This document shows, piece by piece, positions 49,101 to 60,000 of a stretch of DNA of 64,000 nucleotides. This DNA is from Marsupella aquatica (lineage: Eukaryota > Plantae > Marchantiophyta), in assembly GCA_973895155.1 (NCBI GenBank), contig OZ316898.1, forward strand, positions 35,540 to 99,539, read 5' to 3'. Position 1 is the stretch's first letter. Every line of letters starts with the position of its first letter. The notes below the pieces were generated by a model, which saw nothing but the letters and a program-made list of their open reading frames with translations, made no database searches and had not been told where the DNA came from. Position numbers and translations under genes: made by a program.

Positions 49101-50850
49101 AGGACGAGATGCTCGAACAGACTTACGCCAAGATGAACCAGATGGAGTCTGTCATCATTGCAGAGCTCGACAAGGAGCTAAGAGCAACCCAGGAGGAGAG
49201 GGCTACCTTGAAGAAGGAATTGGAGGAAGCCCACAGGGAGCAGGAGGAGGCCAAAAACGAGCTGGAGGGGGCACGTAAGGACCTGGATGAAACCCAAGAG
49301 GAGTTGGAGGAAATCACGAGGAAGATGGAGAACCTACAGCGGCGGGCCGACAACCAAACAGAGCGGCTGAAGAAACAAGCCGCAGTATTTAAATGCTTAG
49401 CTGCAGCAGGTCCATCTCCCGTTGGGACAAACCAGTTACCAGGGGTGGTAATTGCCGAAGGACAAGCCGCGCCACCTGCACCAGTGCCGGAAGTAAGTGG
49501 GAAGGGGAAGGGACCAGCTGCCGAGCCACCAACGAAGAAGAAGCGGAAACCTTCAGGGTCAAGGAGTAATACGACTTCACAGGCCGTGGTGATCAAGGAG
49601 GTAGACCCAGCACCGACCCCAGACAGGGTCACGGCTAAGGATCCAACTACCCTAGGGGAAGGGGAGGCCGAAGCCGTGGGAGTGGCTGAGGCCGAAGCCG
49701 AGGGAGTGGCTGAAGCCGAAGCCGTGGGAGTGGCTGAAGCCGAAGCCGTGGGAGTGGCTGAGGCCAAAGCCGTGGGTATTGCCGAGGCCGGTGTCGAGGC
49801 TGAAGCCGAAGGTGGACCCAGTCAGGCCGATGGAGAGTTGACTCGGTCAAGGGCAGGTAATCTGTCAGTAGGCGGGCCAACGGCAGTGGCTGAGGAGGAA
49901 GTGTTGGGGGCGTCCATTGAGGATCCACCACCGGTGTCGTGACGGTGCAAGGGCGCCGTTCCTTTTAGGGAGGGCGGAGGCGTGAGTGGGCAGGGCGGGC
50001 ACGGATCTCCACGTTTAGGATTAGGATCAGAACCAGGAACGGCCCTGACACTTAGCTTAGTGGGATTGCGGTCCCACTGGTAGGAGCAACACTTGTGCTC
50101 CTGCCTTGCTGTACATAGGTAGATTCGGGCAAGTAGATTACTGTTAAGTAGATTAGGCTTACGATGCAAAGAATGGCGGATCCACTACCAGGATAAGTAC
50201 CTGGGCAGCGGGGAGCTCAGGGCCTCTTCTTTAGCAAGTTTTTAGTTTGCACCAGCCGGGCTGGGATCAAGTAGTACGAGAAGCTCTCGGTTAGTCATAC
50301 AGTGACCCTTGTGTATATTCATGTTTCCTCATGCCTAAGAGCTGAATAGAGTTGGCCTCACGGCTTAGTTCGCAGAACTTGTGTATGAGATGTACTGTTT
50401 GTATGGCAAGTGCATGGTATGACTCAGTCAGAAGGAGTCATTTTGCTATTTGTGTGTCGCATTAACTTGTGTGAAGAGTGCCCACATCAACAGAAGGAAG
50501 GAAAGTAAGCAGGGGAGTGAGAGTTGGATGTGTCGAGCTGAGAGAGGTCTTAGCGGCTTAACCAAGCCTATTGGGGATCATTCCGGCGGCGGAATCCAAA
50601 CATACCTAACAAGACGGAGGGGAAGACAGGGGAAGACAGGGGAAGGCCTATATTAGGCCGGCTACGTATCTCATGACTCGATGAAGGATCTGTCCAGTAT
50701 ATGTGTGTAAAATCTTAATAGTAGTAGTAGAAGGTTAGCAGCGTCCCATGCCGCTAAGCCGCGGAAACAGCCTCGCCAAGCTCGAAACCTGCGGGAATCG
50801 GCTTGAGCTGGGGGGTTTCTTGGGTTTAGGGAGCCATGGGACGCACCACA
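46156..50850 (+). repeat. 5' LTR (4,695 bp)
   Basis: Nearly identical to 57075-61730; the length difference is explained by 48-bp, 10-bp and 1-bp indels. Confidence 0.95.
46271..49942 (+). pseudogene. 5'-LTR copy of the LTR-encoded protein, with one CGA-to-TGA nonsense mutation at 48752
   Basis: ORFs 46232-48754 and 48770-49942 are in the same frame and match 57151-60813. Confidence 0.92.
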
Positions 50851-50854
50851 TTTT

Positions 50855-50872
50855 TGGTGCTAGATGGAGGGG
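50855..50872 (+). promoter_or_regulatory. PBS, probably tRNA-Asn type
   Basis: TGGTGCTAGATGGAGGGG, 4 nt after the LTR; close to the complement of the plant tRNA-Asn 3' end (TGGCGCTAGAAGGAGGGG, recalled sequence). Confidence 0.65.
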
Positions 50873-50919
50873 GCATTTCTTAAGCCGTGAGATATGAAGT
50901 TAGAACGGAAGCGTAGGTA

Positions 50920-53913
50920 ATGACTGACCTTACGCCGAGGGAAGAAAGAGTGATTCAACGGGAGAGAGCTCGACTGCAGCAGCTCGCCGGGTGGCATGAT
51001 ACACAGCGACTGAGAGGGGCAGAAAGAGCTGGTAGCTCCGAAACTGGAAGTGGCGTCGAAGAAGACATACCAGAAGAAGAGTCGGTAAGGAGAAGTGAGT
51101 CTCCAACCGACATGGGGGAACCAGAGGCACGGCCAGACGAGAGGCCAGGGACCAGATTGAGCCAGCGGTCGCGCATACATTACAAGGCATTTCATGGGAG
51201 AGGAGATGAGGATCCGGACGAATGGGTGGATGATTTCGAGGGAACCGCTGCAGCAAATGGAGAATCGGCCATCAAGATGCAGATTCTTCCCGGCCTGTTC
51301 AAGGGTGAGGCTAGGCCTTGGTACAGAGCATTAGATGTGGAAGATCAAGCCATCTGGGATATCTTCAAAACACTCTTTGTTAAGGAGTTTCGACCCATTG
51401 GAACTTCAGAACTAGCAGTGCTGAAGTTGGGACAACTTCGGTTCAAGGAGAACAAATCCTTCAGGAAGTTCTTGGAACGCTTTCAGAAACTGGTAAGACG
51501 TACAAAGACCAATGCATCTGAAGGTATGCAACTTCAATGGTTAGTGAATGCTTTGCCACAGAAGATGAGTTTGCAATTAGGAAGGAGAACCCGGAGACTT
51601 TAGCCGAAGCAATTAAGGATATTCAATTATACATTAATGCAGATATCACAAGCCAGAAGAAACAGCTTAAGTCTGAGAGTTCCTCATCAGAGGAGGGATC
51701 ACCCCATAAGAAAAAAGATAAGAAGAAGAAACATTCCAAGAAGTCTAGAAGTGATAAGTCAAGCTCGGATAGTGGGAGTAGCAAGAGTGAGTCATCTTCT
51801 AGTTCTGAAGAAGAAAAAAACTAGGAAAAGGAAGGGCAGAAGGAGAGGGAAGACGAAAGTCAAGATGGAGGCTAAGCCACCAGATAACATCGTAGCCCTT
51901 ACCGAGCAACTTAAGGCTATCATTGCAGAGGTAAAACCAAAGAAGAAGGTAGTACAGGAGGATAGCTCTGTATGGTGTGCCTTATGTTATAAAACCGGAC
52001 ACCATAAAGATGCGTGTCCTAAGCTTAATACTAATCATGTTCGGCATGTGGCCGAGATCAGACCATGTCAGGGAGAAGTAGAGTACTTTTTGGGAGATGC
52101 CGCTGATAGTGTTTTCGGCATCAGTGAGACTGGAGCACGAGACCTATCCAACAGACCTGCATCTCTGTGGTCAGGGTTAAGGAACAATCCAGGAGAGATG
52201 TATCCTCGGATTATTCAGAACACGTCAGTACCTCCTAGGCCGAATGTGCAAAGATTTGCGGCGTGCTATAATTGTGGTCAACCTGGCCATTTTGCTAGAG
52301 AATGCCCGAATGCACGCAAACAGGGTGATGGACAACCAGCTCAGCTATGTATGGGATGCCGACAGGAAGGTCATATGCTAGGGCAATGTCCTACTTGGTT
52401 GGCAGGCCTGGCCGCAAATCATAAGCTTTTGCCGATCAAGATCTTACCGCCAGGTACTACCCCCGGAGGAGTTCAAATCAACCACATCGAACTAGGATGG
52501 CAAGAGGATGCCGAGGCAGAGTTCGTACCATCTGATGATGAGGCCGAAGCCCTATCAACCTTCTCAGAGGAGGATTTAGATCATGATTGCTACCGGGTCT
52601 CTACTCGATCTACCAGAAGGAAGGAAAGGTGGGATGGGCTGGCCAAAAATAAAGGGAAGGTTACGGAGGAAAGGATCGACTCTTCGTCAACATCAACAGA
52701 AGGAGAAGGGAGGGCTCCGGCAATACAGGTAAGCCATGAGCCCACCAGTGAAACCAATCCTTCACAAGATAGCGACTTCAATCGAGATCATCCTAAGTTG
52801 TTCTACCCCTCTGTTACGGCTAGTGTTAAGGAACAACTAAGAGAATTAGAAACCCTGGAGAATACCGAAGCCATTGCCAAGGATGTAAAACGAGCAAAAG
52901 CATTGTTTGCTTCGGAAGACCCAACAGCTGTGGAGACTAGCGTGGCAAAACTGGCCGAATCCAAGACGGAAACACCACCAGAAGAGAAGTCGATTGTTCC
53001 CTATGACCTGGCTAAAGATGTACTAGAATCTAGAGTCTCGGCAACAGTAGGTCAACTATTGAAAAATAGCCCGTACTTCCGGAAGCAATTAAGGAAGGCT
53101 ATTCTCGGCAAGCCGAGATTACCCAAGGTAGCAACCAGATCCGACGTACTAATGATAGAAGAAGATCAAGGAGCCCCAGCATTACCATTAATGATTCAAG
53201 GAGAATTATTACTACGGGTACCCATCGATGGAGGATCAGGGGTATGTATTATGATTGATTCAACAGCAAAAGGGTGGGGTCTAACACCGGAGATGACTGG
53301 AAGAGTGTTGAACATGGCCAATGGATATCAGGTCATTCCGACGGGAGTGTTAACCGGCATCAAGACAGAGATAGGAGGTATCTTCTTTAGCATTAACTAT
53401 GTAGTAATGAAGCCGGTAAATCCTACGTCATTCCGGCTATTGATTGGTAGGCCATGGCTGTACCTAGCCGAGGTAATAGAAGATTGGGGTAAAAAGCAGT
53501 TCACTTTCGGGACCCCCTCTATCACGGTATCCTGGGACACTAAGGATGACCGTAGGAAAAGCATAAGGGAAGTAGATGGGTACGACAGTGGACTGGAGTC
53601 AGCCGATGAAGTACGTTGGTTAGAATGCCTCACTAACCTAACCGAAGAAGGTGTCTTTGGACTAGAGGTACCCCCCAGCGGATTATGGCAAGAACCAATG
53701 GAAGGTGACTTGGAAGAAGAAGACAAAGAGGTCGAGGACTGCTTTACAATAGAATCCACCTTTTTAGCTGCAATTCCGGAGGAAGTAAAGGATGTAGACC
53801 AATTGGATGAAACGGCTAAGTGGGGAGCAGTAGCAGGGACAGTGGATTTTCTGCAGGCGTTGTGGCAGAGCCGACGGGGTCCACAACGCCATCGATCATC
53901 GGCAAGGAATTAA
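50920..53913 (+). CDS. Gag (three CCHC knuckles) plus aspartic protease, with two compensating frameshifts around 51570-51820
   Basis: FHGRGDEDPDEW capsid-like motif; CALCYKTGHHKDAC, CYNCGQPGHFAREC, CMGCRQEGHMLGQC; IDGGSG...LLIGRPWL. Confidence 0.85.
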
Positions 53914-56900
53914 ATACCAAGGGATCGGCATACAAGCCGATTACGAGGGCAGAACAAATTGAGGCCCTATTAGAAGCCGAGAGAGCACAGCGGCCTAACT
54001 CTCAGGAGCAAGAGGTGGATGAGATGGACAGACACGATCTAGAGCCAAGGCAGGAAGGGGAGCCGACCACTAATTCAAAACCGAATAGACCGGTAAGGGG
54101 ACAATCTATGGACACCAAGGAAGGGACCGACTCGGCTAGTCCAGCCGAGATCCCAGTTTATGGAGGTATGAGATTAGAGAGACTGGAAGCCGAACTGGAC
54201 CCGAATTTGAAGAAGCAGATTAATATGATCCAAGCACGGCAATATCGGAAGCTCGACTTAGGAGAGGGAAGAGAACTGAACTTAGGGAGAAACCTAGCAC
54301 CTGAGCTCGAGAAAGAGATCAGTGACTTATTGATTGAATTTCAGGATGTGTTTGCATGGAGTCACCAAGATCTAAAGGGAGTAGATCCAACACTAGGGGA
54401 ACATCGAATTGATCTCATGTTAGGAGCCAAATCATTTTGACAACCAATTCGAAGGATGAACCCGAAGTATTCCCTGCTGGTCAAAACAGAAATCGACAAA
54501 CTAGTGGAAGCTGGATTCATCACTCCAGTCCTGCATTCAGACTGGGTGTCTCCAATTGTGATAGTTCCCAAGAAAGCTGGACCCGATGGTAAACCCAAGA
54601 TCCGGGTTTGTCAGGATTACAGGAAGCTGAATGAAGCAACATTAAAAGACCATTTTCCTTTACCGTTTACTGATATGGTACTAGACATGGTAGCCAGTCA
54701 TGAACTATATTCATTCATGGATGGATACTCTGGTTATAACCAAATCAGGATTCGGCAGGAAGACCAAATCAAGACGGCCTTCATCACGGAATGGGGGATC
54801 TATGTCTTCAATCGTATGCCGTTTGGACTCTGCAACGCACCAGCTATGTTCCAACGATTAATGGTGAACATTTTTCATGATTACTTGAGAAAGTTCATGG
54901 AAATCTTCATTGATGACTTTGCAGTATTCGGGAAGGCATCGAAACATGCTAAATACCTCAGGAAAACCTTCATGAGATGTAGAGAGGTGGGTCTCAAGTT
55001 ACACCCAGATAAATGTTTTTTTGCAGTAACCGAGGGGGTGCTACTAGGTCACAAGGTATCAAGGAAGGGCATTGAGATTGACAAAGGTAAGCTAGCAGTA
55101 TGGCTAGATATCATGCAACCTAAGAACATAAAGGATGTAAGATCCTTCTTGGGATGCATTGGTTACTATCGCCGGTTCATCAAGGATTTTGCCAAGCTGG
55201 CTTTACCATTAACCAATATGCTCAAGGCAGGAGCAGACTTCGAACCCACACCCGAACGAGTCACAGCGGTGGTAGAATTGAAGCAGATGTTAGTAGAGGC
55301 CCCAGTCATGATAGCACCGGACTGGAACAAAGATTTTCATGTTTTTGTAGATGTCTCGGGCTTCTGTATTGGCTCAGTACTAAGTCAGTTGGATGAGAAA
55401 GGAAGGGACCATCCCATATACTTCGCAAGCCGTCAGCTTGCCGATGCCGAACGTAACTACTCTACCACGGAAAGAGAAGCATTAGGAGTCATTTATTCTT
55501 GTAAAAAGTTTAGGCATTATTTACTAGGGTACAAGGTAATCTTTCATACTGATCATGAAAGTTTGAAGTACCTAGTCAATAAGCCGGACCTTACAGGCAG
55601 AGTAGCAAGATGGATTTTGCTATTACAGGAGTTTGACTATGAGCTGAGGATCAAGCCGGGAAAGTTACATGCCAATGCCGACTTCTTTTCAAGGATCACA
55701 GGTAAACCTGCCACGGATTGCATCGATGATCGATTCCCCGACGAGGAGCTATTCGTTGTGGAAATAGCTGGTACATGGTACCCTGAGATTTTACAATTTC
55801 TCAGCACTTCCAGATTACAGCCAGGATTAAGCCGAGAGCAAGCCGCAGTCTTTGTGCGGAAGGTCAGACAGTATCAGTGCATTAAAGGCATACTGCACAA
55901 GCATGGAATCAACGGCACGATTCAAAGATGTTTGGAAAAGAGAGAGGTAAAACGAGTCCTACGGGCCATGCATGGAGAGGAGGCCGGAGGACATTTTGCC
56001 CCAGTAACCACGTCTAAGAAGATATTAAATGCCGGTTACTGGTGGCCCACCTTGCACAAAGATGTCTATCAGTTTATCAAACAATGCGATCCTTGTCAAC
56101 GAGCGGGAGGACCAAGGGCGTCCACCAGGCATCCACTGCACCCTATTCTACCTCTGGCACCATTCGAGAAGTGGGGTATTGATTACATTGGACCTCTGAA
56201 ACCACTGACCCACCCTCGACGGAACAAGTACATAATCCTGGCTACGGATTATGCAACTAAATGGGTAGAGGCCAGACCAACAACGAAGGATGATGCAATT
56301 ACTACGGCTAGATTCATGTATGAGCAGATCTTCACCAGGTATGGAGCACCCCTAGAATTAGTTAGTGATAGAGGAACCCATTTTTTGAATGATATAATTA
56401 GTCGTTTAAATGAGCAGTATTTAGTTAAACATAGGCCTACTACTCCCTACCATCCAAAGGCAAACGGGTTGACAGAACGAGCAAACGGGATCATAGGAAA
56501 GATATTGAACAAGACAGTAGCTCAGAACAAACTTGATTGGGATGATAAATTGTTTGCTGCTGTTTTTGCTTACAATCTTGCCTATAAATCCACTACCGGT
56601 CATACACCCTTCTTCTTAACCTTTGGACAAGAAGCCCTGGTACCCATGCAACTTGAGATACCGACATTTCAAGTTACAATTGAGGAAAGAGCCTCAACGG
56701 AGGAGAGCCTAAAGGAGCGAGAATATAGGTTAGAAGCTTTAGAGGAAGCGAGAATGATTTCAGCCGAGAGAGTAGAATATAGACAGAATATCATGAAGCA
56801 GCAGTATGATAAAAGGTTAAAAGTAGTTAGTATTCATACCGGTGATCTTGTGCTACTTTATGACAGTAGGTATAGTAGGTTTCCAGGAAAGCTTTACACT

Positions 56901-57086
56901 CGCTGGTTAGGACCCTTTAGAGTAACCATGATGTTCCCCAATGGCTCCGTGCAATTGGCCAACATTACGGGAGAGGTATATCCAGTTCGCATCCATTATG
57001 ACCGCCTCAAGAAATACTATATGGACGAAGATGAAGTTGTTCGCGAGGACGCTTCACAATTAAGTGGGGAGCTATGTGATGCCTAG
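53820..57086 (+). CDS. Pol: RT, RNase H, integrase (-1 frame relative to Gag-PR), with one internal TGA at 54438-54440
   Basis: RVCQDYRKLN, MPFGLCNAPA, FIDDF, FVDVS, TDH, HHCC zinc finger, GIDYIGP/SDRG/NGLTER, WLGPF. Confidence 0.92.
53844..53903 (+). promoter_or_regulatory. Candidate -1 programmed ribosomal frameshift signal
   Basis: In-frame G-GAT-TTT, 5-nt spacer, perfect 10-bp stem GGCGTTGTGG/CCACAACGCC; loop GCCGA can pair with downstream TCGGC. Confidence 0.72.
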
Positions 57087-60000
57087 ACAGGAATCACTCG
57101 GCCGGTTAAGTGGGTAAAGCAGGAAGGCACCCTAGGAACACCTTAGTATAGTGACAAAACAAGGAAAATATAAACAATTAGGGGCAACCATGGAACCCGG
57201 GCAGAGGCCGGAGGTAAGGCTGAGGGTGAAAACCCGATTAGGGTTAGGGCGCGTTAAGCGTCGGCGGCTAGGAAGGATCAACGGGAAGAAGGACCGGCAG
57301 AGGAGAGGGGTAAGGAGCGCTTGCAGGAGATGGTGGCTCATTTGCGAGCATGAACTAGGCAGACGACTACGGGAGGCCAACTACTGTCAGCTGCTTAGGC
57401 AAGCACTCGGGGAGAGAGTAGATACCGACGATCAACCTAAGGAGGGTATGAGCAACGTCAATCAAGCGGCACATTTCTGGGGATGCCTGTTCGAACGGGC
57501 AACTGAGTACATCAAGACTTACGAGGACGAGGAGTCAGAAAGGGTAGCTCGAGAACGGCAGGAGCTCGCTCGATTGTGGGAGCTGCAGAAGACGGCTTTC
57601 TTAGGAGGCGAACTCATCAAGGACGAGTTCCTGTGGACGCCTACTTCCAATCAACTCGACGATCTTCTGTTTTGCAAAGACAGCGTCGTCGGCATCCGAG
57701 AGGCCATCAAGAACTGCAACGACATACATTGGGAATTAAAGGGTAGCACGGAAAGGTGGACCCAGGCAACGGTGCTAGGAGAAACCTCCACGGCAGCAGA
57801 GATGAAGAGGAAGGGAGCCGTCAACGATGAAGCCACCCCGACAAAAAGAACGAGGTCGGCGGCACCAAAGAAGCCAGCCGAGCAGCAGAGCAGGAGGCAG
57901 GGAGAAGCCGAAGAGGAGGAGGTCGATCCCATGAAGGCCATTCCAACCAGGGATGACACCTGGAAGGGCTGGGCGGCAACCCTACCGGTGGAGGTGCAAC
58001 TACATTTTGCACGGGAGGAAGATGCATGCTTTACGGCCATGCAGACCAAGAAGTACCAAGGCTTCATGGCCGGATCCGGCTTGGAGGCCTTTGTAAGATT
58101 ACCATGGCTGAAGCCGGAGGTACCGGAGTCAGACCTATTAGAATTCGTGGGGTCATGGGAACCCGAGACCAATTGCATGAGGATATATGGGAAGGATTTC
58201 TATCTTACTCCCAAGGTGATTGCCGAAGTGTTTGGCTTGCCGATGGGCAATAAGACCAAAGTTGATACCAGGAAGACCTTGCCTGACAAGGAGTTCCGGT
58301 CATTCCCCGGGCCATCAACGAAGAATGGCTTCTTCCGGAACACTTGCACCAACCCGCACATAGGAGAGATGATCGACTTCTTGCAGGTGACCATGCATTG
58401 TAACTTGCCGAGGGCAGAGATCGGCAAGGCACAGGTCTATCTGGCAGAAAGGCCAGACCCAAGCCGGGACTACAACGGGTACCTCCTCAACCAATTGAAG
58501 AAGATCTTAAAGGAGGAGCAGCAGGTAATCGGCATGGGGAGCGTGTCGCGGCTTGGCTATCACATGCCGCTGTTGTGCCGGTATGCCAGAGGTCAGACTT
58601 TTGCCCCGGTACTTCCCCTGCAGGTAAGGGCACCCGAGGAAGCTCCAACGCCGAGGCCGTTGGCTGAGAAGCCTCAACCACCTGTTAGTCCTACGATCGA
58701 GCAGGTGTTTAGGCCCAGGAAGGAAGACTTGCCGATGCAGCAACCAGGCATGCAGAGTCTGCTGAAACTACTGGAGAAAGAAAAGAAATCGGCATCGGCA
58801 ACAACAACGGCAACGGCAATAATGCAGGACACTACTACAGAGGTAGGCCTACACCGGCTCACAAGAGAAAACCCCTTTGCTGGAGACAAGGAGAGAATCA
58901 GGCCGGAATCCAAGCCAGGTGTTCGAATGTACGTGGGAACCTCAAGCTCCAAATCTGAGGCAGAATTGCCTGAAGCTCCTACCGAGGAAGAGGAGAGGGA
59001 GAAGCCGGACGTCCAAGAGGTAGAGGAGGCAGTGGAGGACTGCAGCCATGATAATTCCGGCTATGGGTCGGACCATCACGTTCCAGGAGTAAGGACCTGT
59101 GGCCGGTTTGTCCCCACACTTCCAAGGGTAGTGCGAGGGGACCCCAACCAGCAGAGTAGCCCTGAGTCTCCCCCACCAGATGTTGCTCCCCCGAGCTTCG
59201 ACGGCATAAAACAGATGGTGCAGGAATTTCAGGAGCGAATCAAGCAGGAGGAAGAGGCCGCCCTGGCTAAGGAAAAGGATTTACCAGGAGGAGATTGGCC
59301 GGAGGACATCAGGCGGCTAGCCGAAAAAGGAAGCAAACCTCTAGCCACGATTGAAGAGATCCGCAGGACGGCTTGGGAGCAGAGGCCACGATGGGCGATG
59401 CCGATCACTTCTACTTACTCCACCTACGCTAAGAATAGAGCCATGGAGTATGGTGAGATGTGTGGGGAACTTGCGCTCGGCATCTTTGGAGAGGAGTTGG
59501 AGGTAGGACCCTTTTTCCATAGGGAGCAGTTGGAGAAGCACCAATTAGAAGAAGCGGTGGCTTTAGAGAGAAGCAAGAAGGATGAGGTCATTCGGCGGCT
59601 TAGGAGGATGGAAGCCGAGATTGAAGATCTAAGGGCGGCCAAGAAAGCCCAAGATGAACTGCGGATTAAACGACATGAGCTGAACATCATGCAGGGGCAG
59701 TTGGACACCGCGCAGGCTGATAATCAGAATATCAAGGATAAACTGACTCAGACGCAGGAAGAGTTGGCCGACACGATCAAAGAGAGGGAGAAGTGGAAGC
59801 AAGAACTGAAGAATACAGAGGAGGCCCACATAACAGCCAACAGCCGGGCCATGGCGGAGACCCAAAGAAAGGAATGGGCGTTGAAAGGGGAGCTCGAGAA
59901 AATCCGCGGAGCCCTTGAGCAGAAGGAGGTCGAGTTAGGGAAATCCTATCAAGGGATTATGGCGCTGCAGCAGGAGCTTGCGTCCCTGACGGCCAGCTTC

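Noticed and set aside
50248-50260. TGCACCAGCCGGG, complementary to the tRNA-Gly 3' end, inside the LTR
   Set aside because: Only 13 nt, lacks the TGG start and has no adjacent LTR end; could be chance.
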